Shown: positions 41,520 to 52,211, numbered from the stretch's first letter. The stretch is 64,000 bases of DNA from Thermodesulfovibrionales bacterium (GCA_963715195.1 CAVQRT010000007.1:352001-416000); one strand, 5' to 3'. Notes: generated from the letters alone by a model not told the origin. A program made the numbers and translations.

Positions 41520-42662
41520 CTATTCATCCGCACGGACAAGGTCGATAACCGTTACTTCCGGAGGTGAAAGAAAACGTATCGGCGGCCCCCAGGTGCCCGA
41601 ACCCCTGCTGACGTATAGTGAGGATCCGTCCGACAGTTGCGCAAGACCGGACTGCGTTTCATAGTAAAGCCCGGTTATGATGCTGAAGGGGAATATCTGG
41701 CCCCGGTGAACATGCCCGGAGAGCTGCAGATCAAAGAGACCCCGCGAGGATTCATCAATCAGCGGCCTGTGTTTCAGAAGCAGGACAAACCTGTTATCCG
41801 GCAGATCAGCAAGCACCTCTTTCTCAGTTCCGCCCCGGTAAAGGCCAAAAGAATTTGCCTGTGGATCATCAACACCGGCAATGGTAAGAATGTTCTGTAT
41901 ATCAACCCGTTCCCCCCGAAGCATGGTGAATCCTGCTTGCTCGGTAAACCACATCGACTGCTCGAGTCCGGCGTAAAATTCGTGGTTGCCTGTTATTGCA
42001 TACTTGCCGAACCGGGGGTTGATCTCCCGGAACATTGCTGCAAGTCCCGAGAGGTTGTCGATTTGCCCGTCAACGAGATCTCCGGTCGAAACGAGGATGT
42101 CCGGTTCTGCTCTTTCGATTTCCGACAGGATGCGTTCCAGTCGGCTTTCCCGCACGATCAGCCCAAGGTGGACATCCGAAATCTGTGCTATGCGCACCCT
42201 GTTGACGTCAGGGGGAATTTTATGAGACCATATCGTGAGCTTTTCAGTGCGGATGTTCACAGCCTCGAAAAAACCGTATAGAGCAATCATGATCGAAATC
42301 ACAAGGGGAAGAAGAACGGCATACCGCCCTGTAAAGGACAGATACGTCAGGTCTTTCCCCAGAACAGAACCTCCTGCAGCAACGCACAACCGGTACACGT
42401 CAATCAGGATGGAAAAGGAAACAAAGAGAAATATGATCCCCATCCATGTATATCCAACATATGACATCAGGCGTGCAAAAAGTTCGGAGCCGGCTTTCTC
42501 GGAGAAGCGAATAATGATCGGGGAAATAGTCATCACCAGCATCAACCCGGCAATAAAAATGCCGGTCGTCGTGCTGAAGGCAAACGCTGCCCGCGCCCGC
42601 AGAAACGCATACAGATGAAGGCTTCCGTAGAGCAGGAAGAATGTCAGCAGAAAGAGCGTCAA
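41520..42662 (-). CDS. Membrane-anchored metallophosphoesterase (YkuE/YaeI-like)
   Basis: DVH, GDLVD, GNHE, GHVH. Confidence 0.92.
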   Translation of the reverse strand: MTLFLLTFFLLYGSLHLYAFLRARAAFAFSTTTGIFIAGLMLVMTISPIIIRFSEKAGSELFARLMSYVGYTWMGIIFLFVSFSILIDVYRLCVAAGGSVLGKDLTYLSFTGRYAVLLPLVISIMIALYGFFEAVNIRTEKLTIWSHKIPPDVNRVRIAQISDVHLGLIVRESRLERILSEIERAEPDILVSTGDLVDGQIDNLSGLAAMFREINPRFGKYAITGNHEFYAGLEQSMWFTEQAGFTMLRGERVDIQNILTIAGVDDPQANSFGLYRGGTEKEVLADLPDNRFVLLLKHRPLIDESSRGLFDLQLSGHVHRGQIFPFSIITGLYYETQSGLAQLSDGSSLYVSRGSGTWGPPIRFLSPPEVTVIDLVRADE

Positions 42663-42663
42663 C

Positions 42664-44193
42664 TCAGTGCATCCCCGGCGGCAGGCCCTGTTTTCCCATT
42701 TTCATAAAAAAAACAAACGGCAGAACACATACCATTATTATATAGACAACGAAGAATGCGTCGTTGAATGCCATCATCGTTGCCTGTCTAAGGAGTCCCT
42801 TGTAGATCATTCCGAGCCCACCATAGATAGAAGTGAAATCGTCAAGCCCGCGATATTGCAACAACTGAGAACTTTTCTCGGAGAACATACGATAGGCTGT
42901 ATCAAAAGGTGTGAGATTTTCAACAAGATGATTCTGATGGAACTGCGCCCGGCGTGATAGCACGGTGGTCACAAAGGCGACCCCAAAACTCCCACCGAGA
43001 TTTCTGAGCAGGTTGTATATTGCTGAGGCGTTGCCCATATCCTCTCTTTTAATTCCGGACATGGTCATAGTTGTGAGCGGGATGAAGAAAAAGCCCATCC
43101 CGATACCGAGGACAACTCTTGGCCATATTATCGTGCTGAAATCGGCAAACAGATTGAAATTTGACATGAGATACGTGGCGTAGGCGTTCACAATAATCCC
43201 GAATGCCAGAAGATACTTCGGATTTATTCTGTTCACTAAATTCCCCGCGATAGGCATGGCGATCATGGTTGCGATACCCCCAGGCCCCAGAACGAGTCCT
43301 GCAAGATATGCAGTATATCCCATAAGCGTCTGGAGATAGATGGGAAGGAGAACAATGCTTGCGAAAAGGTTAAAAAATCCGAGAAACATGATGATATTCC
43401 CGGTGCTGAAGGTTATGTTCCTGAATGCCCTCAGGTTTACTATGGGATGTTCGGTAAAAAACTCTACAAAAATAAAGGAAATCAGTGAGACAGAGGAGAT
43501 AATGCTTAACCAGAAAATAAAACTCGATGAGAACCAGTTTTCCTGTTGTCCTTTATCGAGGACAATCTGCAGGCATCCTAAGCCGAGTACGAGAAACGAC
43601 AGTCCCCAGTAGTCTATCTTCATCCTCATCCTCTTCATATATGGTGGATCTGTAATGAACAGCATTGTGAGAAGAACGGATAGGATTCCGATAGGAACAT
43701 TAATGAAGAATATCCAGTGCCATGACCAATTGTCGGTAATCCATCCACCAAGGAGCGGGCCTACAATAGGGCCGAACATAATCCCGACCCCGAAGATAGC
43801 CATCGCTATCCCGTGCTGACGGGGTGGGAACGTCTCAAGGAGGATCGACTGAGAAATAGGTTGGAGTGCTCCGCCACCCATCCCCTGGAGGATCCTGAAA
43901 ATAATCAGACTCTGGAGATTCCATGCCGAACCGCAGAGAAAGGAGCTTACCGTAAATATTACAATGGAAATTATCAAATAGCGTTTTCTGCCAAAAAACC
44001 TGCTTAACCATCCTGTCATGGGAATGATGATAGCATTCGATACGAGGTATGAAGTAATGGTCCATGTCGATTCATCGATGCCTGCCGATAGGCTTCCACG
44101 GATATGATCAAGTGCAACATTGACAATGGATATGTCGATAATCTCGATGAGCGTGGGAACCATAACGGTGAGTGCAACGAGCCATTTATTCAT
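42664..44193 (-). CDS. emrB: DHA2 MFS efflux permease (EmrB-like)
   Basis: IDISIVNVAL, W..TSYL, FGRKR, GP..GP.LGG, INVPIG. Confidence 0.9.
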   Translation of the reverse strand: MNKWLVALTVMVPTLIEIIDISIVNVALDHIRGSLSAGIDESTWTITSYLVSNAIIIPMTGWLSRFFGRKRYLIISIVIFTVSSFLCGSAWNLQSLIIFRILQGMGGGALQPISQSILLETFPPRQHGIAMAIFGVGIMFGPIVGPLLGGWITDNWSWHWIFFINVPIGILSVLLTMLFITDPPYMKRMRMKIDYWGLSFLVLGLGCLQIVLDKGQQENWFSSSFIFWLSIISSVSLISFIFVEFFTEHPIVNLRAFRNITFSTGNIIMFLGFFNLFASIVLLPIYLQTLMGYTAYLAGLVLGPGGIATMIAMPIAGNLVNRINPKYLLAFGIIVNAYATYLMSNFNLFADFSTIIWPRVVLGIGMGFFFIPLTTMTMSGIKREDMGNASAIYNLLRNLGGSFGVAFVTTVLSRRAQFHQNHLVENLTPFDTAYRMFSEKSSQLLQYRGLDDFTSIYGGLGMIYKGLLRQATMMAFNDAFFVVYIIMVCVLPFVFFMKMGKQGLPPGMH

Positions 44194-44307
44194 AAGATGT
44201 AAAAACGGTCTAAGGGGTCAAGGGTTCAAGGGTCATACCCATAAGATAACTACCCATCAAAATACGTGCAGACAGATACGCGCATAATTCATTTTCAAAA
44301 GGTTCTT

Positions 44308-44334
44308 GATTGTCCTGTCAAACCGGACAATGAC
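44308..44334. repeat. Single REP-like palindrome
   Basis: GATTGTCCTGTCAAACCGGACAATGAC, reverse complement resembles the unit at 14203-14230. Confidence 0.55.
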
Positions 44335-44453
44335 AAAATGCGATTTTATGGACCAACACGAAATAATTTTTCTCACAACATCTGCACTTTTACAATGTAT
44401 TTTCTATGTTCATCTAATGATTTTGTATGACCACTTGGACCCTCGGCACCTTT

Positions 44454-45572
44454 TTACTCTTTAATGAGTATTGTCGGGACAACAGACATGCCGATCCTGA
44501 GAAGATGTTCAATATCAGTCTCTTTATCAATAGTAATCTTGACCGGTATTCTCTGGACGACCTTCACATAATTCCCCGATGCATTTTCCGGGGGAAAGAG
44601 CGAAAACATCGCACCTGTGCCAGACATGATGCTCTCAACCTTTCCGGTAAAATCTCTCCCGGAATAGGTATCAACCTTAAATCTGACCGTTTGGCCGGGA
44701 CGAACCTTCTCAAGCTGAGTCTCTTTATAGTTTGCGGTGATCCATAAATCATCTAATGAAACAACTGCCATGAGTGGTTGCGCAACTTCTACCTGGTTAC
44801 CGACTTCGACAGCTTTCTTGGTTATATAGCCATCCGCAGGAGCATAAATCTTTGTGTATCCGTAATTGAGTTGGGCAGCATCCAATCGAGCTTCCCTTTC
44901 CCTGATCATAGAAAGCTGCGATGCCCGCAAAGCCTGGGCTTGCTTGACGACAGACGTCTGCGTCTCAAGAGCTTTTTCTGCCTGCTTCAATTGTTCCCGA
45001 GCCGCCTTTGACTGAGCAAGAACCACCGTATGGGCTGTCTGTGTCTTTTCGAACCTGTCCTTCGAAATCGTCCCGAGCTTGAAGAGATTCTCTGCACGGA
45101 GAGCATCCTTCTCAGCCTGCTGAAGTTGTGCCTCCTGGAGCTCAAGATTCGCCCTTGCTGTCTCAATCGAAGCCTTCATTTCAGCCATCTGCATCTTTGC
45201 AACCTGTATCCGTGCTTCCACTTCTGTAAGCCGTGATTTTTCCGCATGCACTCCCGATTGAGCCTCGCTCACCTTCAGATCATAATCCGCAGGGTCAATC
45301 TCGACGAGCATGTCTCCCCTTTTCACCTGCTGGTTGTCCTGTACATAAATGTTGTTCACAGACCCCTTAATCCTCGCCGAGATCGTGTGAATTCGTCCAT
45401 CAACATACGCGTCGTCTGTCGTAATATGGGTTGCCTTATACCTGAGGTAGAAAAAAAGAATGACAACACCGATGATTCCGATTAAACCAAAAACGAGGAT
45501 AGCAAGTTTCTTTTTTTTTCTGTTGTTTTGTTTTTTTACATCGTCACTTTTTCCTTTTTCATTCTGCTCCAT
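44454..45572 (-). CDS. emrA: EmrA-like membrane fusion protein
   Basis: TDDAYV, ANYKETQL, PENASGNYVKVVQRIPV. Confidence 0.92.
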   Translation of the reverse strand: MEQNEKGKSDDVKKQNNRKKKKLAILVFGLIGIIGVVILFFYLRYKATHITTDDAYVDGRIHTISARIKGSVNNIYVQDNQQVKRGDMLVEIDPADYDLKVSEAQSGVHAEKSRLTEVEARIQVAKMQMAEMKASIETARANLELQEAQLQQAEKDALRAENLFKLGTISKDRFEKTQTAHTVVLAQSKAAREQLKQAEKALETQTSVVKQAQALRASQLSMIREREARLDAAQLNYGYTKIYAPADGYITKKAVEVGNQVEVAQPLMAVVSLDDLWITANYKETQLEKVRPGQTVRFKVDTYSGRDFTGKVESIMSGTGAMFSLFPPENASGNYVKVVQRIPVKITIDKETDIEHLLRIGMSVVPTILIKE

Positions 45573-45601
45573 CAGCGAACTCCCTTATCATGAATCTAAG
45601 A

Positions 45602-48600
45602 TTATTGTTTCTCTGCATCGGCATCGTTAACCGCAGTTTCTCCACTTTTGTTCGTGGTTCGCTTCTCCATGCCGATAAAAAAGAGCAGGAGAGACGGAAT
45701 GACAAATACGGTAAAAATTGTCGATACCGCTATTCCACCGAGGATGACGCTCCCAAGTCCACGGTACAATTCAGACCCGGGGCCCGGTGCTATAACGAGA
45801 GGCAGCATACCGAATATACTGGTGGAGGCGCTCATGTAGATCGGACGCAGACGTGTCCGGACCGATTCAAGAACCGCATCGCGATAATCCATACCTTGGT
45901 AACGGATGTTGTTGAGCGATTGATGAACAATGAGAATTGCATTATTGACAATGATGCCGACCAAAATCACAAACCCGAGCATGGTAAGTATATCCAGTGG
46001 TTGTGTCGTGAGAAAAACATTCACAAGTGCAAGCCCAATAAATCCACCGGCAGCCCCGAGTGGAAGGGTAAACATGATGACAAAAGGATATATGAAATTC
46101 CCGAAGAGCGCTGCCATGAGCAGGTAAGCAATAACAGCTGCGAGCAGGAAATCCCACTGGAGCACCTTTCTCGTTTCAGTAAGTTTATCGGCCACACCAC
46201 TCTGGTTAACATCGACAGCGGAGAGAAGACCGCTCTTCTTCAGCTGTCCAATTACATTTGCATTTATCTGATCCATGGCTTGTTCCATAGGGACCGCAAA
46301 CGGAGGGGTCACCTGGAGTGTTATCGTGCGCTTTCTCTCAAGATGACGTATTTCTGTTACACCGGTAGTCCTCACAAGTTCTGTAAAAGACGATATAGGA
46401 ACACCTTTTCCCTCTGGAGTCACAATGATGGTCCGATAAAGTTCCTCGGGACTTGTGACATCATTTTCTGATGCCTTCAGCACAAGGTCTACCTTTTTTT
46501 CTCCTTCTTCCTTGAAATCGCCGATTTTCCTCCCGTCCATAAGCACATCAAGGGTAATGCCAAGTTCTGCTGCACTCATCCCTGCCGCCTTTATCCGGTC
46601 TCTTTCAGGGATAAGCCTTACCTCGGGGTACAGGACCTCAAGGGAAGGGAGAGGCCTGATCTGCGATCCCGGAATCTCTTGCATGATTTTTCCAAAAAGC
46701 ATCTGCGCCACCTCTATCGTGCGGTTTAGGTCGTCTCCGCTGACGTCTACATCGATTGTCCTTCCCCTGCCGAGTCTTGTTTGAAATATCCCGGCCTGGT
46801 TGCTGACGCCGAAGATCCCAGGGATGCTGTTAATATATCCCATAAACAGCGGGACGAGCTCGCCGGCCATTTGTTCATGAGTACTGATCGCTCCGGAAAT
46901 CATGATCTGTTCGGCGCCAACATAAAACATATTCTTGATTCCCGGAAATCCCTCTTTGTCCTTTCCCATGTGAGGTTCAAGAGTCTCAAATAAACGATCT
47001 CCTATCTCTTTCCGCTCTTCGTATGAAAGGCCAGGCGGAGGTACAAACAGGTTAATAACAAGATTCCGATTCCCCTGGGGAAGGTATTCCATCTTCGGGA
47101 ATAACAGTACCGCTGTCACAAGAGCAAATGCAGTAAGTGAAATTATTGTTACGAAACGAGTCATGCGATTCCTCGTTGCTACCCTGACAAGGCCCATGAT
47201 GAAATCCGACATTCTCTTCCCCATGAAAACAAGCCTAGACCTCCTTTGCTGCAAAGGTTTTTCTTTCATAAAACTGAACAGCTTCTCGGAAAGCATAGGG
47301 ATAACCGACACGGACACGAACAGACTGAGCGAAACAGCACAGGTGACAGCGATTGCTATATCACGGAAAAGCTGCCCTGCTTCTTCCTGCACAAAAACAA
47401 CCGGAAGGAATACCGCAATGGTTGTGAGAGTAGAGGCGAGAACAGCTCCCCATACCTCGCGTGCACCGTCATAGGCAGCATCGAAAGGAGGTTTTCCCAT
47501 TTTCCTGTGGCGATCGATATTTTCAAGGACAACGATGGCATTATCGACAAGCATTCCCACGGCAAAGGCGATTCCGGCGAGGCTGATGACATTGAGATTC
47601 CTGCCTAAGGCATTCATGATGATGAAGGTACCGATGACGCTGATCGGAATCGCGGTTGAGACGACTATGGTTGACGATATGCTCCGGAGAAAAATAAGGA
47701 GGACAACGACTGCCAGTGTACTGCCGATAAAGATGTTGCGCTTGACGAGATCAATAGCGCCCCTGATGTAAGGCCTTTGATCATAGACCCATTCGAGACT
47801 AACTTTGAGTGGATTCAACTTTTCATCATTTAATGATTTCACCACCTGTTCCAGATTGTCGGAGAGGTTCAGGATATTCGTGCCCGGTTCGGGTTTTACT
47901 CCGATCGCAATTCCTTCCTGCCCGTTATGGATCATCGCTACCGTCCGTTTTTCGTATCCAAACTGTATCTGTGCAACATCTGAGACGGTGATGCGCCGCT
48001 GTCCAGTTGAAGCAATGACGATCTTCCCGATATCCTGAGGTGACCTGAATTCTGCAATGGTTCGTATGCGATAATCTCTCCTTCCCACTCCGACATTGCC
48101 GGCCGATACATTGATATTTTCTGCCCTGAGAATAGTTACGAGATCGCTGACCGAAAGTTTGTGCGCTGCCAGCTTCTCTGGTTTGACGATAATATGCATC
48201 TGCTTTTCCGTACCACCTCCGATGAAGAGGTCAGCTACCCCCTCAACGCGTTCAAGATACTGCCGTATTTCATTCTCAAAATATGTTTTATACGTACTCG
48301 CAGATTTATCATTGCCGGGGTCTGTCTTGAGGATCATCCATATCACTGGTGATGTCGCTGCTCCTGTTGCATTGATGACCGGTTTTTCAACATTTTCCGG
48401 ATATGACGGGACTTCATTCATTTTGTTTGAGACCCTGAGAAGGGCATCATCCACGTCTGTATCAATCTTGAACCTGAGGGTAACCGTACCCTGTCCGTTA
48501 AAGGATGAACTTTCCATTTCGATCAGCCCGGGTATGCCCTTCAGTACTTTTTCCTGTTCCTCGATGACATCCCGTTCAATCTCATACGGTGAAGCTCCGG

Positions 48601-48754
48601 GCCAGTTGGTCGTGACGGTAATCTCCGGCTCTGTGACATCAGGACTGAGCTGATAGGGCATGCTGATAAGACCGATTACTCCGAAGAGAACAACGAGGAT
48701 GACACCGACAAAAACTGTAACAGGTTTGTTGATCGAGAATTTAATAATATCCAT
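45602..48754 (-). CDS. RND efflux permease (AcrB family)
   Basis: GMLVDNAIVVLENI, GIIVNNAIL, RLRPIYM. Confidence 0.95.
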   Translation of the reverse strand: MDIIKFSINKPVTVFVGVILVVLFGVIGLISMPYQLSPDVTEPEITVTTNWPGASPYEIERDVIEEQEKVLKGIPGLIEMESSSFNGQGTVTLRFKIDTDVDDALLRVSNKMNEVPSYPENVEKPVINATGAATSPVIWMILKTDPGNDKSASTYKTYFENEIRQYLERVEGVADLFIGGGTEKQMHIIVKPEKLAAHKLSVSDLVTILRAENINVSAGNVGVGRRDYRIRTIAEFRSPQDIGKIVIASTGQRRITVSDVAQIQFGYEKRTVAMIHNGQEGIAIGVKPEPGTNILNLSDNLEQVVKSLNDEKLNPLKVSLEWVYDQRPYIRGAIDLVKRNIFIGSTLAVVVLLIFLRSISSTIVVSTAIPISVIGTFIIMNALGRNLNVISLAGIAFAVGMLVDNAIVVLENIDRHRKMGKPPFDAAYDGAREVWGAVLASTLTTIAVFLPVVFVQEEAGQLFRDIAIAVTCAVSLSLFVSVSVIPMLSEKLFSFMKEKPLQQRRSRLVFMGKRMSDFIMGLVRVATRNRMTRFVTIISLTAFALVTAVLLFPKMEYLPQGNRNLVINLFVPPPGLSYEERKEIGDRLFETLEPHMGKDKEGFPGIKNMFYVGAEQIMISGAISTHEQMAGELVPLFMGYINSIPGIFGVSNQAGIFQTRLGRGRTIDVDVSGDDLNRTIEVAQMLFGKIMQEIPGSQIRPLPSLEVLYPEVRLIPERDRIKAAGMSAAELGITLDVLMDGRKIGDFKEEGEKKVDLVLKASENDVTSPEELYRTIIVTPEGKGVPISSFTELVRTTGVTEIRHLERKRTITLQVTPPFAVPMEQAMDQINANVIGQLKKSGLLSAVDVNQSGVADKLTETRKVLQWDFLLAAVIAYLLMAALFGNFIYPFVIMFTLPLGAAGGFIGLALVNVFLTTQPLDILTMLGFVILVGIIVNNAILIVHQSLNNIRYQGMDYRDAVLESVRTRLRPIYMSASTSIFGMLPLVIAPGPGSELYRGLGSVILGGIAVSTIFTVFVIPSLLLFFIGMEKRTTNKSGETAVNDADAEKQ

Positions 48755-48765
48755 GGTTCTTCAGG

Positions 48766-49833
48766 TTACCTCATTTTGCCTGTACCTGTAATGTGAACAG
48801 GCTGTCCATTCATGAGCCGCTCATTCCCTTTGATAACGATCTTCATCCCTTCCTGCAAAGCTTCTGAAGAGATTCCGATATTTTTTCCACTGTATCCGGT
48901 AACATCCACCGGTATCATAACTGCCTTTGAATCGTCAACACTGAACAGAAACGTCATGCCTGATTTTCGAATGAGTGCGTCCCTCGAGACCAGAAGCGTT
49001 TTTTGCTGTTTGTCGCTGGGAAGCCTCACCCTCGCCTCCATACCGCCCATCAGAGAACCGGCCTTATGTACCCTGACCTTGACGGGAAACGTCCGTGTTG
49101 CAATATCGCCACTGGGAATAATGGCAAAGACCTTTCCGGATTCGGTCTTCCCTCCTGCTTCAACAGACACGCTCATGCCCGGCTTCACATGTGCAAGCAC
49201 GTCTTCAGGAACTTCAACGATAATATCGAACACTTCATCTCTTGCAACGGTTGCAACAGCTGCACCTGAAGCAATCCACTCACCTCTCTGCACATGCTTC
49301 TTGATGATTACACCGTTGAATGGTGCAATGACATTCTTTTTCTGCAGTTCAAGCTCCAAGCGCTCAACTTCAGCCTTCAGGGAATCAGCTTTTTTTTCAA
49401 GGGACAATGCCCTGAATCGATAATCGTCGTAAGTCTTATCAGAGATGAGCTGCTCTGCATGAAGTTTTTCTGCTCTTTCGAGATCACGCTGTGCACTCGT
49501 CTGTTCTGTCAGAACCTGTTCGTGGGAAGCCTTCATTGCCTGCAGTGTTTTTTCAAGGAGATCTGATGCGATAGTAATGAGAACATCACCTTTCCTAACC
49601 CGTTTCCCTTCTTCAAACGTTATACTCTCTGCAAGTCCGCCGACCTCAGACGCGATATCGGATATTTCCTGATAATAAACGGTCCCTATGAATTCCGTCT
49701 GGGGTGACATCGTGCCTGAACGGAGTTCTTCAACAACCACATTTGCTGGAGGCATCCCCTGGGCATCGAGAACTCGCGATGAGACCAGTAATACAAAAAA
49801 CACGCCTACAATCAATTGGATAAATCGCGCCAT
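48766..49833 (-). CDS. RND periplasmic adaptor
   Basis: Lipoyl half-motifs (APFNGVI), coiled hairpin, TRTFPV; SD before ATG 49833. Confidence 0.9.
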   Translation of the reverse strand: MARFIQLIVGVFFVLLVSSRVLDAQGMPPANVVVEELRSGTMSPQTEFIGTVYYQEISDIASEVGGLAESITFEEGKRVRKGDVLITIASDLLEKTLQAMKASHEQVLTEQTSAQRDLERAEKLHAEQLISDKTYDDYRFRALSLEKKADSLKAEVERLELELQKKNVIAPFNGVIIKKHVQRGEWIASGAAVATVARDEVFDIIVEVPEDVLAHVKPGMSVSVEAGGKTESGKVFAIIPSGDIATRTFPVKVRVHKAGSLMGGMEARVRLPSDKQQKTLLVSRDALIRKSGMTFLFSVDDSKAVMIPVDVTGYSGKNIGISSEALQEGMKIVIKGNERLMNGQPVHITGTGKMR

Positions 49834-49874
49834 AGTCTTTTTCCCTCCTGCCTGTCCCTTATGCCAGGACATAG

Positions 49875-51239
49875 CTATTCCTTGAAAATTTCGGATTCGA
49901 TCCTCCTGGTTACGGTCTCCAGCAGGCTTCCAGTCGCGCGCTGCAACTGGAGAAGGGCGAACTGGTAATCGTACTGAGATCTGAAGAGATCCAGTTCTGA
50001 AGTAACAAGGAGCGTATTTGCATCCAGTACATCCAGGCTGCTGGCCAGCCCGTACTGAAACTGTTTCTCGACCATATAAAAATTCTCACGTGCAAACGTA
50101 AACTGGTCCTTAAGTGACTGCAGGACACCTGCCTGAGTTTTCAGATTCAAATATGCCTCTTCGACCTCTAATCTTATGGTCTTTTTGAGATCCGATAGAG
50201 CAAGTTCAGCTTGTCTTTTTTTCGCTTCCGTCTCTCTTACCTCTGCTTTTCTCAATCCTCCTTCAAAGAACGGGAAGTCGAGCCTGAGTGCACCGTATAT
50301 GCTCTCCTCGTTGAAAAAAGGCGAAGAAGGTTCTTCATCCATGCGGACATATACGCCCTCGAGAATGAGTGTCGGCCAATATGCTCCCTTGGCGAACTTC
50401 ACCTGGTCTTCAGCTATGCTCCTCTGAACAGCACCCGCCTTCATCTCTGCCCTTTTTAAAAATGCACTGTTCTGAAGGGACTCCAGATCCTTGCGTTCAA
50501 GCTGGCTGATCCAATGCAGGTCTGATTCCCTTATTTGAGAGTCTTCACCAAGCCCTACAAAACGTGCGAGACTCGCTTTGGTAAACTTGAGAAGGTTTTC
50601 AGCCTTTACGAGATCTGCTTTAGAACCCGATAATTCAGCCTCAGCCCTCAGGAGAAGGGTTTTTGTCGTCTCACCGATTCTTAATTTTATCTCTGCATCG
50701 TCCCGGTATTTCTGCAACCGTTCAACGTTGGCATTTGCTATTTCGACCGCCTTCTGTGCCTTGAGAACATTAAAATATCTCAGCGAAACTCCGAGGAGAT
50801 ATTCCTCTCTGACAGTCGCGAAATCAAGCGCACTTTGTTCGATCCCTTTCCTGGATATCCTGTACGAAGTAATTTCTCTTCCTCCGAGGGATAACGACTG
50901 ATCAAGCCGAAGCCCCCACATAGTTGATCTTTCTGGCTGAATCGAAAATCTTCCGAAAGAACTTGAAATCTCTTTCTCATCACTGTAACGGGTATAATCC
51001 CAGAAGGCGGATACCCTGGGAACGAGCGCCGAGCGGGCCTTATCTTTCTTCCGTTCGGCAATAACCACATCCTCTTCTGATATTTTGATCTTTTCCGACC
51101 GTTCAAGAGCAATCGTGAAAAGATCTGCAAGGGTATATTCTGTGGGAACAGTGCCCGCAGCAGAATCACCCGCAAGTTGTGCCGATGCGGGATGGAAAAG
51201 CAATAAAATCAGAACCGGAACGATACCGATCTTTTTCAT
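49875..51239 (-). CDS. TolC-family outer membrane factor
   Basis: Signal peptide, two OEP repeats (YWPTL, PFFEGG). Confidence 0.92.
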   Translation of the reverse strand: MKKIGIVPVLILLLFHPASAQLAGDSAAGTVPTEYTLADLFTIALERSEKIKISEEDVVIAERKKDKARSALVPRVSAFWDYTRYSDEKEISSSFGRFSIQPERSTMWGLRLDQSLSLGGREITSYRISRKGIEQSALDFATVREEYLLGVSLRYFNVLKAQKAVEIANANVERLQKYRDDAEIKLRIGETTKTLLLRAEAELSGSKADLVKAENLLKFTKASLARFVGLGEDSQIRESDLHWISQLERKDLESLQNSAFLKRAEMKAGAVQRSIAEDQVKFAKGAYWPTLILEGVYVRMDEEPSSPFFNEESIYGALRLDFPFFEGGLRKAEVRETEAKKRQAELALSDLKKTIRLEVEEAYLNLKTQAGVLQSLKDQFTFARENFYMVEKQFQYGLASSLDVLDANTLLVTSELDLFRSQYDYQFALLQLQRATGSLLETVTRRIESEIFKE

Positions 51240-51826
51240 GGAACTGCTCCTTTCCCTCTTTTTCCAATACCATACAGTATGAAATCATTCAGTGTCGCTG
51301 GTGCGAGATGTACATCCCCATCCAATGCCATCGAGAGAATGACCCCTCTGAGCGACCCCATGATAACCTTAGCCATATCATCTGCATTGCATTTCCTGAA
51401 TTCGCCGGTACGAATCCCTTTTTGAATTATCTGTTCTATGAGCTCTCTCTGCTTCTTGAAGAATTTCCTTTTTTCCTGGATACCAAATGTAAACCCGTGC
51501 TCCCTGATATGAAGCAGAATAAATTCCTTGTGCTTGAAGGCATTCTCCATATGCACGCATAAAAAATGTGATAACGCTCCAGAAGCAGACAGGGTCTCTC
51601 CGACAATCATTTCGGTCTTGCTTCCGATATCCAGCATCCTTTCACTGATAAGGCTTCGGTAAAGTTCCTCCTTGTTCCGAAAATACAGGTAAATGCCGCC
51701 TATGCTGATCCCGGCAGTCTGTGCTATCTCCCTCATGTTTGCTTTCGCATATCCTTTGCGAGAGAAGACATCCATCGCAGCCTTCATAATTTTCTGCTTC
51801 GACTCTATTCCTGAACGTTTGTTCAT
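51236..51826 (-). CDS. TetR/AcrR-family regulator
   Basis: HTH MREIAQTAGISIGGIYLYFRNKEEL. Confidence 0.95.
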   Translation of the reverse strand: MNKRSGIESKQKIMKAAMDVFSRKGYAKANMREIAQTAGISIGGIYLYFRNKEELYRSLISERMLDIGSKTEMIVGETLSASGALSHFLCVHMENAFKHKEFILLHIREHGFTFGIQEKRKFFKKQRELIEQIIQKGIRTGEFRKCNADDMAKVIMGSLRGVILSMALDGDVHLAPATLNDFILYGIGKRGKGAVP

Positions 51827-51869
51827 GTGAACCTATGTTCAGTATAAAGGGTCGCGTGGACCCTGTCAA
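51812..51869 (-). promoter_or_regulatory. Promoter of tetR efflux operon with tandem palindromic operator
   Basis: TTGACA-17 nt-TATACT, then two TGAAC-N4-GTTCA palindromes at 51828-51841 and 51812-51825. Confidence 0.8.
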
Positions 51870-52001
51870 GTATACGGAAAATCTCACCGCATTTCATCCA
51901 TACTGATTCCTGCCGGTCGCCGTTATTCCCGTCCTGTTGTTCAAATCACAGAACCCCGACACACCATTCTGGTAATATGTATGCACCGTGTGGTACCGGA
52001 A

Positions 52002-52166
52002 ATGAAAATATCGAAAAAGACAAAACTGATGAAGCGTCTCCCCCTTGAAGCAGTACTCCGGCTCACGAGCTTTCCGGTCACGACTCAAAAGGGAGAAAAA
52101 GGATACAACAGGAAGAAATTACAAGAACAGAACAGAAAGAATGCAAGAGATGATATCCAGCAATAA
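52002..52166 (+). CDS. Small basic protein, possibly ArfA-like
   Basis: 54 aa, K/R-rich, KGEKGYNRKK segment; fills an intergenic gap. Confidence 0.45.
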   Translation: MKISKKTKLMKRLPLEAVLRLTSFPVTTQKGEKGYNRKKLQEQNRKNARDDIQQ

Positions 52167-52211
52167 AATTCTTGATATTATTACCAATTTCTGATATCTT
52201 TATCTCTATTT

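Noticed and set aside
45590..46471. 293-aa plus-strand ORF and other long antisense ORFs (e.g. 9145-9792, 12028-12678)
   Set aside because: Shadows of well-conserved genes on the opposite strand with no recognisable motifs
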